Below, in pieces: positions 46,440-60,039 of a DNA stretch of 64,000 nucleotides. The position numbers and the translations under genes were made by a program. The first letter of the stretch is position 1. The number at the start of each line of letters is the position of its first letter. The DNA is from Chrysomallon squamiferum. Lineage: Eukaryota; Animalia; Mollusca. The DNA lies in the NCBI GenBank assembly GCA_012295275.1, contig CM022673.1, forward strand, positions 15,066,001 to 15,130,000. The letters are read 5' to 3'. Below the pieces are notes generated by a model. The model made no database searches. It saw nothing but the letters and a program-made list of their open reading frames with translations, and was not told where the DNA came from.

Positions 46440-46895
46440 ACCCATAATCATGTAGAGCATTACGTAACGAAAACAAACACCGCCATGCGCAAAGGAGCCC
46501 TCGGGCACGTGAGCGCTCGGTGGACGCGGCGTGGAGCATCAAATATTATCTTTCCAAGAGCGGCGGCTGACGGCTGATTCCCGTAATTTTAGTGACATCT
46601 GTCGGCAAGGCTGCAATCAATAGGATGAAAATGTCGTTTCTTTCATTACTGCCGGCGGGAACGCATCTCTTTGTGCTTGCGGAGGTCAAACCCGACTTGG
46701 ATGGACTGAAACGGCTCCCACGCAATAACACAACCAACTCCTTTCCTGGAAGCCAAATCATTCTTAAACGAGTATCGATACTGCGGCCTCCCTGCCGATA
46801 ATTACAAGAGCAGATCGCAATTCACTGGCAATACATGACCTTGTCAAGGGTAAATCTGTTTATCGCAATCATCCTGTCCCCGCTACACTGATGGT
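46440..46895. promoter_or_regulatory. GC/CpG-rich non-coding island, candidate enhancer or conserved non-coding element
   Basis: ~450 bp of complex, GC-balanced, CpG-dense sequence in poly-A surroundings, with no recognisable protein in the frames read. Contains CACGTG and TGACCTTGTCAAGGGTA. Confidence 0.4.
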
Positions 46896-48184
46896 GGAGG
46901 AGGGGGGGGGTAGAGAGAGACTAAGGCGAATTTATACGAAGGTTATTCCGAAAGACGTAATTATTATTCTTTTTTTTTTTTTTTTTTTTTTATAGTTTTT
47001 GTTTGGTTTCTTATGTTTCTCGGATGTTAGATGGATTGTGAGTTGAGTAGGTACGGACAGTTGGATGGATGGACGAATTAGAATGTTGAGGACGGACGGA
47101 TGGTTAATACAAATTTATTTGGAACAGGGTGGAGAGACGAAAAAGAAAACAAAATTATATGATTTCTTGAGTTTCTCTGATGTTTGAAAATCTTCACTGA
47201 TGTGTGAGGGAATAAGGACGGACGGACTGACGGACTAGGGAGTTGAGAACGGGCGCATTGGTAATATAAAAGTAATAGTAATTTATATGGAAGAGGGTGG
47301 GGAAAAAGTATTTAATTTCTCGGATAACTGAAGATCTGGACAGACATGTGTACGTATGGATGCATGGCAGAGGATAGTGAAATGAATTTATATTAAACAG
47401 ATGCGGTTTTTCTTTTTTTGGATATTTGAAATGCAGTGCTGAAAGACAAGTTTGTTGAGAACTGAGGAATAAAAATAATTTATGTGGAAAAGATTATTAC
47501 TTTTTTTTTTTTTTTTTTTTTTTTTGTTAATGTAAAGAACGTACATGGACGGATGCAAGTACAGTAAGATGAACCTACGCACGTACACATGAAATGTGTA
47601 TATATGTGTGTGTGTGTGTGGGTGGAAAAATATAAAGAAAGATAGATGGAAAAACAAAAACGAGAAAAAGAGACAATGATAATGGTGGTACAGTCACATA
47701 CTAAAAAAACCCCAAAACATGAAAAACATCTCATCGATTTCGTTTGTTAAAAAAAACAATGTTTTCGTTAAAGACTTTATTGTATACTGTTGTTTAATCG
47801 AACAGTCAGAATTTAGTTGTAAAAAGTAATTCCGTCTTTTAGAAAGAAAAAGAAACAAATCAAAAGTCTAAGAAAATAACTATATATAATTATATATACC
47901 TACGCTAAGTCCATCACGACCTTTAATGAAATAAAAATATTTAAACCGATCCTATTTTCTGTCACTGTTAACACAAATTTTAACCTTTAATATTCTTCTT
48001 CTCTCTTTCTTAACAACATCCTTATGACGTCAATCCTTTTTTTTTTTTATTATGACGTAAACGTAAAATAAATAAAATTAATTGACAAACATTTCTGTAA
48101 GTATAGCATTTTGCAATATATTTTAAATTTATAATAACATAAATGGCTATACATTCCTGTAAAATAATTATTATAGCAAGGATG

Positions 48185-48220
<36 letters not shown>

Positions 48221-48288
48221 AAAGAGAGAGAGAAAAGAAACTCTTATTGCCATTTCGTTTGGACAAATCTTTCTTGTATTATCTACAG

Positions 48289-48362
<74 letters not shown>

Positions 48363-48532
48363 ATCAGTATTATCACAATGTCACTAACATAATCATTATT
48401 ATATTGAACTATATCAGCGTTATCAACATCAATATCATCAACAGTACCATATTATTATTATCGTTATCTCCACATATTAGTATTATTATTATTACTACTA
48501 CGACTATACTAACATTATTATTACCATAAATT

Positions 48533-48570
<38 letters not shown>

Positions 48571-49570
48571 TCTCTTTCATCCAAACTAACAACCACGATA
48601 ATATCAAAACCTACACACAGACTGACAGAAGGACGAGTCTTTCGTAAACGCCCTTCTGTTTATTTAATCAATGATCACGGTATTGGAAAAAAAAAAAAAA
48701 AAAAAAATTAGAGAAAGAACGCCGCCAACGTCTGATAACTAGAACCGAAATTTGTTGCCAAGCGAACCATCGAATGAGAGACGAGCGAAAAAACAAAACA
48801 ACAAAAAAAAAAAAAAAAAAAAAAAAAAGTGAGAGAAAAAAGAAAAAGAAGAAGAAGAAATAGACACCACGCATTGTCATAGCTACAGTTTCACGGGCGA
48901 ACCTCGGACGAGCGCGCTAATCAAAGCTGTTAATTAGAAGCGTTGTTTCCTAGCTACTTCAGATTCGAGAGAGTTCGGCATGAGATCAAAACGTCATGGA
49001 GAACTTGGAGAATTCCAGAGCGTGATGCGTGTGAATTAGCGTACAAGGTTTGAAGAAAAATTGTAGTTCAGAGACTTTTTTCCTTATCGGTTGATAACAA
49101 CGCGACTTCACGTAACAAGGTGAGTGGAAAGAAAGTATAGATGGAATAGATTTGTAAGATGTTGCCGATGGCTTTGATATTTATGAATATTTTGATGATG
49201 GTAATGATGATGACTGTTATAATGACGATGATGACGTTAATAATAATAATAATAATAATGATAATAGTATTAAAAGTAAAAAAAAAACGGCGATGATGAA
49301 AATGATGATATAAAGTAGATCATTATTATTTTATTATTATTAAGAAACTATTGCTTGAAATATTACAGAATGCTCTTGATAATACAAAAAATCACTAATA
49401 AATACAAGTTATAAATAAACCACAAATTTGAAACAATTAAATATATTTCTAAAAAAAAAAAAAAAAAATTCCATCTGCTTTATAATAAGACAGATGGAAT
49501 TTTTTATTAAATAATAATTGAGTGAGTAGCTTTTAGTTACAAAGAAATATCGCTTATACCAACTACCTAC

Positions 49571-49612
<42 letters not shown>

Positions 49613-49855
49613 GTTTATTTATTATTTATTTGTTTTTTATTTTTGTTCAAACGAAAGTAAAAAAAGTTTAAAAATAAGAAAGCATATATAAACAATTGAA
49701 AGGAATCAGTAAGAAAAAAAAAAAAAAAAGAAAGAAAAAAATAAGAAAAGAAAACAGCAATCAAATTTAAAACAAATATGATTAATCAAATAAAACTACC
49801 AAAACTTCTATATATAATACGTACCTGCTTACATACACATACACCAACACATACA

Positions 49856-49887
<32 letters not shown>

Positions 49888-49995
49888 CACAAATTAAAGG
49901 TTATTGTGAAATATTGTAGATGATATAAAGAAAAATAATATTTTTGTTTGATTGTTTATTTATTTTGAGTTTTTTGGTGTTCTTTTTGGGTCTTT

Positions 49996-50026
<31 letters not shown>

Positions 50027-50174
50027 TCGTTGAATATCGCATGACAAAGGAAACAATTTTTTGTTGTTGTTGTTAAATCTAGAAATAAATACTGTACAGT
50101 TGCTGTTGTTGTAGTCTTCGTCGTTTTTTTATTAATATATTTTTAAATTGCTATTCTTATCTTCTTCTTCTTGC

Positions 50175-50216
<42 letters not shown>

Positions 50217-51706
50217 TATCGTTTTACTGTTGTCGTCATAGTCATAGATTTTCTTATTATTGTAGTCATTTTTGTCGTCGTTGTTGTTGTTCTGCTTTCT
50301 TCTTTCTTTTATTACCATCATCCGCATTATTAAAATTATTGTTTGTGACGTTATTAAAGATATTATTAGTTGCTATTTTATTAATCCAAATAAAATAATA
50401 TAAAATAAAATAAAATAAAATAAAATAAAATAAAATAAAATAAAATAAATAAATAAATAAATAAATAAATGTGTGGACATCTATTTATTTAACAATATAT
50501 GTAATTTAATAATTATTAATCTCGTAGCTATTTTTGCGCCAAACACAAATATTGACATGATTTGTTTTCATTTCTCTTGACAAATCTCTCTCTCTCACAC
50601 ACACACACAAAACACACACTCACACACACACATACATAAAAACAAGACTATTATTAGCAAATAAAAATAAATTTCTCCTCCCACCACGTAGAATAGACAA
50701 TTTTTTTTACAACTAGATTGTATTATTGCAAATATTTAATTCATTTTCTAAAAAAGTCGAATGATGTGAAAGAAAATTTTATTTATTTCGGAGTTGATGA
50801 ACTCGCTAGAAATTATTATGATAACAATGTTACTAATGTTTATATATCTCAGCTACATCATTCATCTATCTATCTATCTATATATCTATCTGTCTATCTA
50901 TCTGTCTATTTATCTGTCTTTCTATCTATCGATCTATCTCTCTGTCTACCTGTGACAGAGTTCAGGATTTTAAAAATGAATATTAGATTTTACGTGTTCA
51001 AAACGTTTTGCGGAAAGCAGAAATGACGAGATCAGACATTTTTACTGAAACAATGTTTCATGAATTCATGACTTTTTCATAACCTGGCTAAAAAGCTGTT
51101 CACTAATGTTGTTTTAGTGCTTCAGAAGTAACTGTATTTATTTATTTATTTTATTTTATTTTATTTTATTTTATTATTATTTTTGAAATATTATTTTTGT
51201 TCAAGCACCTTTGGTTGGTAATTATCAACAAAATATTTAACAGCTGAAAAATGAAACAAAGCTAAATATTCAAAGGTGATTCAAAATGATGATATTGTGT
51301 TTTGAAAGCACAAGTCAAACATTTTTGTATTCGTCAGTTATTTTAACAATTTCTGTCACAGCCAGACTTAGCAGCCAGATTGCACGTGTGTTTGCGTGTG
51401 TGTGTTTGTCTCTGTGTGTGTGTGTGTGTGTGGTACGAGTAGTAGATTCCTAAAATATCCTCTAAATATATTTATTTAATAGTATCTCTGCAACACGTAT
51501 TCTTAATCAACAATTATCCTTCCATCTTCTGTAAGGATTACGATATATATATATAACTTAGTTATGTCTATTACTAAGATCTGTATACCACTGAATATGT
51601 TCTACACGTTAAACTGACACAAATTTGCATTTATACTTTGTATGTACTACGTTATTCTGTATAGTTGTAATCCTACACTTTATGAGAGTAAATTAATTGT
51701 CATTGC

Positions 51707-51980
51707 CAGGGGTGGATTTGTTATGAAACTAATTAAACTTAAGTTCAGCGACCCACATCAGTCGAGACCCCAGAAGCAACTGTAGTCCCGACTGATGCCA
51801 AATTTTAATCCAAATCTGAGATACTGTAGTTAAATTTTTAAACCATTTACGGTGATCTGTCATGGAACAAGCCCGCTGAAGAAAATAACAACGGTTACCA
51901 AGAACGTTTGCTGTTTCCAAAAGGGCTCTCCTTTATAACAGCTGAAACTTCAGGGCCCCAAAAATGTCGGTTCGCTACTG
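51707..51980. mobile_element. hAT-type MITE (~274 bp) with 8-bp target-site duplication
   Basis: Left end CAGGGGTGGATT, right end GGTTCGCTACTG (revcomp CAGTAGCGAACC). Flanked by gtcattgc (51699-51706) and gtcatggc (51981-51988), a 7/8 match. An 8-bp TSD with CAG...CTG ends is typical of hAT elements. Confidence 0.75.
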
Positions 51981-52414
51981 GTCATGGCCATTGTTATTTC
52001 CATTACCCATTAGTTTGCCATCTTACGTAACAGCCGTTAAAAACAATTTACAGAAATAACTGTCGAAATCGCAGTCTGTTTTATTTTTCAATAACAGAAC
52101 GAACGCGCACAGAACTGACATTAATGCACCGGTGTATCTCCTTCCGCCATGGTTCGCGTAAAGCTCGGAGTAATTTAAACTCGGGAATTAATCAGTGAGC
52201 TAATCTCGGGCATCTGTGAAGTGTCGATGTGGAAAAACAAATCAAAATTGCTTCTGCGTGCCCCGCAGCCAATACCAGGGACCAGCAGTCGAACAAGCCA
52301 ATAAACACGTTGAGATAAATCTGTGAATTTTCGTGGTTTTGTTTTCACACTGATGACACCGTAGACTATTCTTCTTTTTTTTTTTTTTTTTTCACGTATC
52401 GTTTGCAACGTGGA

Positions 52415-52810
52415 TTTTCACGTTTTTAACTTGTATTTTTTTAATATCGTAATTAACAGCTTTTAACATTGTAATTGACATTGTTTAAAGTCATAATTCA
52501 TTTTTTAACAGTTTTTTTTTTAATATCGTAATTAACAGCTTTTAACATTGTAATTCACACGTTTTTAACATCATAAGTCACATTTTTATCATTGTAACTC
52601 GTACGTTTTTAATTCCGTAAGTCATATTTTAACATTGTAACTCATACGTTTTTGACACTGTAACTCATACGTGTTTAACATCGTAAGTCACACGTTGATT
52701 CTAATCGTAATTCAAATGTTTTTTTAACATCGTGACTCGCGCTTTCTTATAATTGTAACTTGCTCTATTTTAATATCGTCATTTACGTGTTCTTCTGATC
52801 ATAACTCATT
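52415..52810. repeat. Degenerate ~23-bp minisatellite (tttttaacat(t/c)gtaactcacacg)
   Basis: Recurring ttttaacattgtaa(t/c)tca / ttaacatcgtaagtcac units, with scattered remnants to ~53320. Confidence 0.75.
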
Positions 52811-54029
52811 TTATTTTCAGCGTTTTTCAATATTATTTTCTAAACTCTAATGCTATTTATAATGTATTCTCACCTAACGTTCTTTGTAATATTTCAGTGT
52901 TTTTTGAAACGTTATTAGTTCTAATTATTAACACTGTTTGTATCATCCTCACACGCTTTTCAATGTATATTTTTCTTTTTCTTTTTCTTTTTAGTACTAA
53001 TGATATTGTGGAGTCATGTCTTTCATCCTATATGTTTTAACTTTATTTGTTAAGTAGAACCTTCATGGTTTTCAGTTTTGTATTTAATACCACTTGTAAC
53101 GTTGATCCATGTATTTAACACTAAATATCGTCGACTTTCTCATATTTCAATACTGATTTCATTGAACTTACATATGCTTCAGAAAATGTGTGTTTTAACA
53201 ATAATACTGATAACATACGCAATTACGTCATAAATTCACGCTTGTGAGTATGAGGTGTAACGTTATTTGTAACGTACACTTTTTACGTTTTTAACATTGT
53301 AACGTATACTCGAACATTTTTCGATGTTTGTTGACTTTTGCGTCTCTCAACGTGATGGTGATTAGGAGACGTGTTATATAAAGGTTAATCATTAAAGTGA
53401 TTATTACAGTTCAATAATATTTCATAATGTCTATCATTGCTGTCACAATATCGAGGCTATTAATAATCAGATTTAACTGTTATTAATCAGATTATTATTA
53501 CAGCTACCAAAACAATAACTGATAATGCAATTCCATTTATTATTACTACCACTACAACGACTACGACTACAGCAATTACAGCTACTACCGCTAATACACT
53601 GAAACAACTAATAATGCACTATTATTATTACTACTACGTCTACAACGACTGCGAGTACAGCAATTACAGCTGCTACTACTAATACATACTAATTACATTT
53701 AGTATTACTACCACTACAATGACTACGACTACAACCATTATTCTTACAGCTACTACCCTAATACACCTAAACAACTACTAATATACTAATTACATTTGAC
53801 TTCTACTTCCACTACTGCTACAGTTAGAACTAACGATACTACTACTATAATTGATACTATCACACTTAATAAAAACACTTTTATTTTACTGATGCTGCTG
53901 CTGCGGCTGCCGCTATAGTAGTTGTGGTAGCATCAGCTCCTGATAGTAACTGTGTAAATACTACCACTACAATTGGTATTCTAAATAATGCTACTAATAA
54001 CAACAACAACAAAAACAACAACAACAATA

Positions 54030-54078
<49 letters not shown>

Positions 54079-54542
54079 GTAATAATAATAATAGTTTCTG
54101 ATCCTAGAAGCTGTTGCATAATGGTAGTAGTACAACTACAAAAGACAACAACTACTACTGCTGTCAGTGATATTTCTGTTCGTCCTATTAAAGTAATACC
54201 TAATAAAAAATAAAAGCAAAGAGAACGAGAAACACAGACTATACACAAATGATTAAATTAAAGGTGAGAAGACTAAGAGGAAGGGTATATAATGGAGACA
54301 CTCAGATTATACTAACTTCGTAAATAAAATGACGTTTGTTTATATTAAGCGTGTAACATTTAATGCGTCATATATTTATTATGACGTCAGTGTGTCATGA
54401 ACTTTATATCAAAGTTCAAATCTGAATAGAAGTCTTATTAAAGTGCCTGAAATAATTAATCCTAGGTCGTATTAGCAACTACGACTTCTATCTATCTCAA
54501 ATTAGAAATCAAATGTGTTTTAGATAAATGTTCCGTTAAGTA

Positions 54543-54638
<96 letters not shown>

Positions 54639-55296
54639 GTTTCTATTTATGTTAATATGCACGTATGAAAAAATCGCATTTTGAAAACAGACGGTTTATT
54701 TATGGAACCAAAGTTATTGTATTTTACTGCAAATTATTAAAAGTAATGAGGCAACATTGAACGCAGCCGAAGTTATTTCGTTTTTGAAATCATTTTTCAA
54801 ACTAAAACTGCATTCAGGGTAATTACAAGTCAGTGATTTGGAAAATTATGATTTGCAATTACAAAACAAAGCCATGTTTATTGATATTTCTTAATAGTTT
54901 ATCGGTTTCATCTTAATGAAGAAAATAAAATGATGACTTTGTATTTTTAAAATCTTGTTTTGATTTCTTTGTTTCTGATTCTTATCATGTCATTGTCGTA
55001 TAAGACATTTATATTCGTAAATGAAATAATTTTAATCTGTTTCATCCAGATTTACTAGTCATTTCATCACCTTTTCTTGTTTATCATCATCATCATCATC
55101 GTTAAACTATTACTGTTGTTAATGCTGCTGCCACTGATGATAATACTCTTGATAGTTGTAGTACTACTATTACAATTACTACATCTGTTGTTGGTATTAC
55201 AACTATGATCATCGTCAATATCATTATTACAAGTATTATACCAATTCTTATATTTTCTTATATATACATACATACTTTTTTTTTTAAATATTTCGT

Positions 55297-55375
<79 letters not shown>

Positions 55376-56261
55376 TAAAATCCTACGTCACAAAATGTAT
55401 TTCACTTAAACAAACAAGAAGTATAATTGTTATGACGTCATTCATTGTTGCGTTATGACGTTAATTCAGTAACGTGACTGTACCTTACACTTACATATAC
55501 AGTAATCGATATGCAGTGAATAAATAAATAAATAAATAAATATTTCTTTTCCTAGAAATTTGATTAATTATATTTAAAAATTTACGTATCTATGAAACGA
55601 TGGGATTGGGTCGGTTATTGGGGAGATAAAAACATGTGTGTTTTTGCATATAAATGTGTGTATTTGTATATTTCTGTGTGTGTGTCTGTGTGTTTGTGCG
55701 TGTGTTGTGTGTGTATATCACCATGTACATGAGTCTGTGCATCTTTGAATTAGATTGGAATTTGATGAAAATAGTTTTAGTATATGTCTCCTACTGTTCA
55801 CTTTAATGGATTCCTATAAATAGTTTTCACTACTGGACAGTAATAAATATATTAAAAGTTCAGAAAATAATTACGGATAATTTTTAACTGAGAGTACTTT
55901 TAAAATTCGATATTCTCCTTAGAGAAAGTAGTTGAAAATAAATTACTTTATGGATTAAAAGATTCCTTTGGTCTGGAAATAGATTATGCGAGCTTGTTAT
56001 TATTATTACGTAGTACTGGATCTTCCCTCTTCTTGTTAGTTATATGAGCTAGACACTTTTTTTCTCACATTCTCTTTCTCTCGCTCTTTCAGTCTTACTG
56101 TCTGTCTGTCAGTCTGATTCTCTGTTTATGTGCCTCTATCTGTCTGTCTGTGTTTTTCATATATTATGTATATCACGTTGTTTTCGTCGATTTAATTTTC
56201 AATTTTTCTTTATTTTTAGAGTTGATACAAACCATTTTTTTTCAATTTTCATCATATCATC

Positions 56262-56294
<33 letters not shown>

Positions 56295-56487
56295 CCATTA
56301 TTATAATCATCATCATTAATACTGACTATGATCACCATCATAAGTCCCTACCCTCTTTCTTCTCCTGTCTTATTCTACCTTTTTCACGCCCTGTCCTTAT
56401 TCTTCTCCTGCTCCTACTACTGCGCCAAATCTTCTTCTCAGTGCCACCCCATCTAACAGTATATTTTTAAAACGTTCATATTTCAGA

Positions 56488-57906
56488 ATGTCGACATACA
56501 ACATCCTACTGTTTTTCACTGTGTTCAGTTTGGCTGTGATGGTCAGCAGCTGGGACGACAACTGTGAAACACATCTCACTGACGTGGAGATTGTCAAAGA
56601 TCTGACCACCGAACTCAACGGTCAGCAGGTGATGGTCAACTGTATCGGACGCGTGCGCGTGCAGAAATGTGAGGGCACCTGCGAGTCGAAGGTTACACCT
56701 AGTGTCTTGCACCATCCTGGGTTTAACAAGGTGGGTAACTGACCGGTCGAAGTGGTTAGTTAACTGATGCATTAAAGTGGATAGCTGTAGGAACAACCTG
56801 GGGTAGTTGCTGTAAGTGGCAGGTGGGTTAATGCTGACAGCCGATGGGTTAAAATTGATAGCCGATGGGTTAACGTGGATGGCCGATGAGTTGATAATTT
56901 TAGCAAATGGTTTAAATTTGATAGCCGATGGGTTAATGTTGATAGCGATAGGTTAAATGGTTTACTCTCGGATTAAGGTAGATGTCTGATGGGTTAAAGA
57001 GAATAGTTAATGGGTGAAGGTTGATACATTAAATTGATAACTGACGGGTTATTGTTCATATCTAAAGTTTAAGTGGGTAGCTGATAAATTGATGTTGATA
57101 TCTAATGGAATTGGTGTGTTAACATTGATGGTTTAATGTAGGGGGCTCCTTTTTTTTTTATTGTGTGTAGATCTGGTTTACAGACTGAATCTGTTTTTAA
57201 GATGAACTATTCAGATTACAGTACATAAATTATTAACTGTTTATACGGCAAACAATTTTAAATAATATTCTGTGCAAATGAAAATTATTAATCAGCATCC
57301 ACTTTCTGAAGCAGATAAATCAAAATAATTATATTTTGTACACTTGTATTTACACTTTCATTCATGATATTCACGTTTGTTAATATAAGTTTATCTAACT
57401 GTTCTTGTTACTTGTTACAGTTGAAATTAAAGAATGGCGAATGTGTTCATGTTCGACGACATTACTTTGATCATCAGATATTGTTTTGACCCTTGTGTGA
57501 AAAAACTAATATCATCTGAAATAGTTATCTTGGCTACATTTTCTGATTTAAATAGTTCTTTGTTCAGATTATTGATTCTAAAGAAAATATTTTTTTTCTT
57601 AACCCGTTTTTATAGTTTTTCTGGTTTTTCGTTTTTCGTTCATTTGTGCTTGTCGTTTTTCTTTACTTTATTGTTTTCCTTTGTTTTTATTTGTTGTAGA
57701 TACAGGGAACTGAAAGCATATTCATTATTTTTCTTTTTTCAGGGACTTAATAATGCGTATCTTGTTCACATTATTTAAGATATTCTTTGCTATTGACGGT
57801 TTCTTGTTTTCTTATTTCTATTCTTTTATTTTCTTTTTTTCTTATATTAATTACTTTTTTCTTTTTTTGCTTTATATATACATATACACACACACACACG
57901 CACATC

Positions 57907-57946
<40 letters not shown>

Positions 57947-58157
57947 TATTATTATTTATTTATTCATTTATTTTATTTAATTTCTTAATTACTCTCTTTC
58001 CATACAGGATTGCCGTTGTTGTAGAGAGAGTCGATTGGTAAGAAGGCGAGTTGTTTTGGATGAGTGTTTCTATGAAGGAGAGCGTGTTCCTAGACTCTCC
58101 CCAACAACAGAAATCGAAGGTCTAGAAGGTTGCGCATGCTTTCGGTGCGCTAACTAA
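56488..58157 (+). CDS. pburs: Bursicon beta subunit (partner of bursicon)-like cystine-knot neurohormone precursor, 130 aa
   Basis: Coding exons 56488-56730 and 58008-58157 (phase 0, GT/AG). Signal peptide MSTYNILLFFTVFSLAVMVSS. The mature part CETHLTDVEIVKD...CIGRVRVQKCEGTCESKVTPSV...GFNKDCRCCRES...VLDECF...CACFRC has 11 Cys and the CET..KCEGxCxSxVxPSV..CxCCRES pattern of bursicon beta. The ATG sits 1 nt after a tttcag acceptor, implying an upstream non-coding exon. Confidence 0.88.
56731..57135 (+). repeat. Degenerate 21-bp minisatellite starting at the bursicon intron donor
   Basis: Unit gttgatagccgatgggttaa(t/a/c); ccgatg(g/a)gtt recurs at 21-bp spacing (56841, 56862, 56883). Confidence 0.8.
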
Positions 58158-59056
58158 AAACTCACACCATGCTTGGATAAACATTAAATGAAACAAAAAT
58201 CAAGATAAATATTGCTATTTTTGACAACGATTGAACTGTTCAAGAACTGAAATTGTGATGGTATAAACATAGCTTCTTTTCAAAGATTTGGTTTTGTTAA
58301 ACTTTATTCAAGACCGGAATTTTCGTCGGTGTGTGTTTCACTTCTGATGGCTTCATGAACAAAGACGTGAAGCAGTAGCCATTTTGTGACAGAACTCGAC
58401 AGATTTCGTTAGCCAATTATTTTCTTGCCAAAAGATCTATTTTGAGAATTACTTGTGTTGAACATGGCTAAACGTTTCATTTTATGTTCTTGTGAAATCA
58501 TGTTAACATGCTGAATCTCAGAAAATGTGGAACGATATGTTAATTGCGAGTTGTGAAGTAATTGTAGCTGTTTTCGTTGTACTCCAGTTTTCGTGAATTT
58601 TAATATATGGAAGAGAAATGTTATATATTTTCTTCAAATATGTAATTAGGTCAGTATTAGATTTGATGTGAATGTTGACAAAAATATTCGAAGATTGGAC
58701 TGTAAAAGGCCTCTCTTTAGAAGAAAGAAAAAAGTTTAAAAAATGAAATAGGAATAATAACACATACCGTATTTCCAATAACATAAATCATGATTAAATT
58801 ACAAAATTATATATAATAAAATTAAATATAAATCACTAAAAGAATAAATAAGTTTAAAAATATACCAATTTTTACAATTTTAAATAAATAAATGATCAAT
58901 ATACAGCAATTTCATTACTCTTATTTTTGAGGTTTTTTCTTTTATTATTATTATTTTTATTGTTGTGGTTGTTGTTATTATTTTATTATTGTGTTGTTGT
59001 TGTTGTTTTTGCTTAATATTGTTTTTATTGTTATTGTTATGTTGTTGTTATTGTTA

Positions 59057-59105
<49 letters not shown>

Positions 59106-60039
59106 ATATCGACACAAATAATATATCTTTATTCCAAGTAGAAACAGACAACGAATAATTTTCTACTTTTATGACTGAATTTAATATTACCAAACAATCT
59201 GAAATATATAAACAGAATATGCGTCAAAACATAGTGATGATTAAAATTTTATTTTATTTTTTTCATGACCTCATTTAGAAGAGTTATTACTACGTTAACA
59301 AGAATTAAATAATAACTTATTTAAATAATAATAAATAAAAAAACCTGTGTATTTACTCCAGAAGCTTCATTAAAAGTTGTAAAAACAGGTACCCCTTGAT
59401 TAATTCGATGAATTAATCCATAGATGTTACCGCATATATCGAAACGGATTAAGCAAATATTTTAATTTAATAAAAAAATAATAATAATAATAATCATAAA
59501 AAAAATAATAATTATGCTTATCCTCCATCAAATTCAAACACCTAAAATATATTTAATAAACATGTTGTAGAGAAAATAATTAAAGGGAAATAAATAAAAG
59601 TTTATTAAGTTCAAAGATTAGTTTCAAAAATGTGTATGCATTTTAAACAAAAATGCATCATGAACAGTTTTGAATAGATTTAGCTGTTTTCTCTCCATAT
59701 ATTCTGCGAGCTGTTTCTCTAATTTGCGGCAGACTAGACTTCTACGATTCAGATTTTGGATCCACTATTTGTGAATCAAAAATAGAAATATTTCATCAAG
59801 CTTGACGTAATATCATTAGCGGTTAAGTTTAAATCCCATCCACTGACGCTCGTTGGTTTTTGTTTTCACGCAGGAAATTCGAAAGGTCGTTAATAAAAAT
59901 GTTTAGCGAGTATATCAAGGATTGGATTCAACTGGCATTATATGGTCAATCATGTATGACGCACAGCAAAACCGCGTTAACCAAGGAACATCTGTATAAG
60001 TGGTTTCACTAACACACACACACACACACACACACGTAG

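Noticed and set aside
46546-46801. Overlapping 69-71 aa ORFs, considered as a bursicon alpha exon
   Set aside because: No cystine-knot Cys pattern or other recognisable motif and no convincing splice framing; retained only as a non-coding island.
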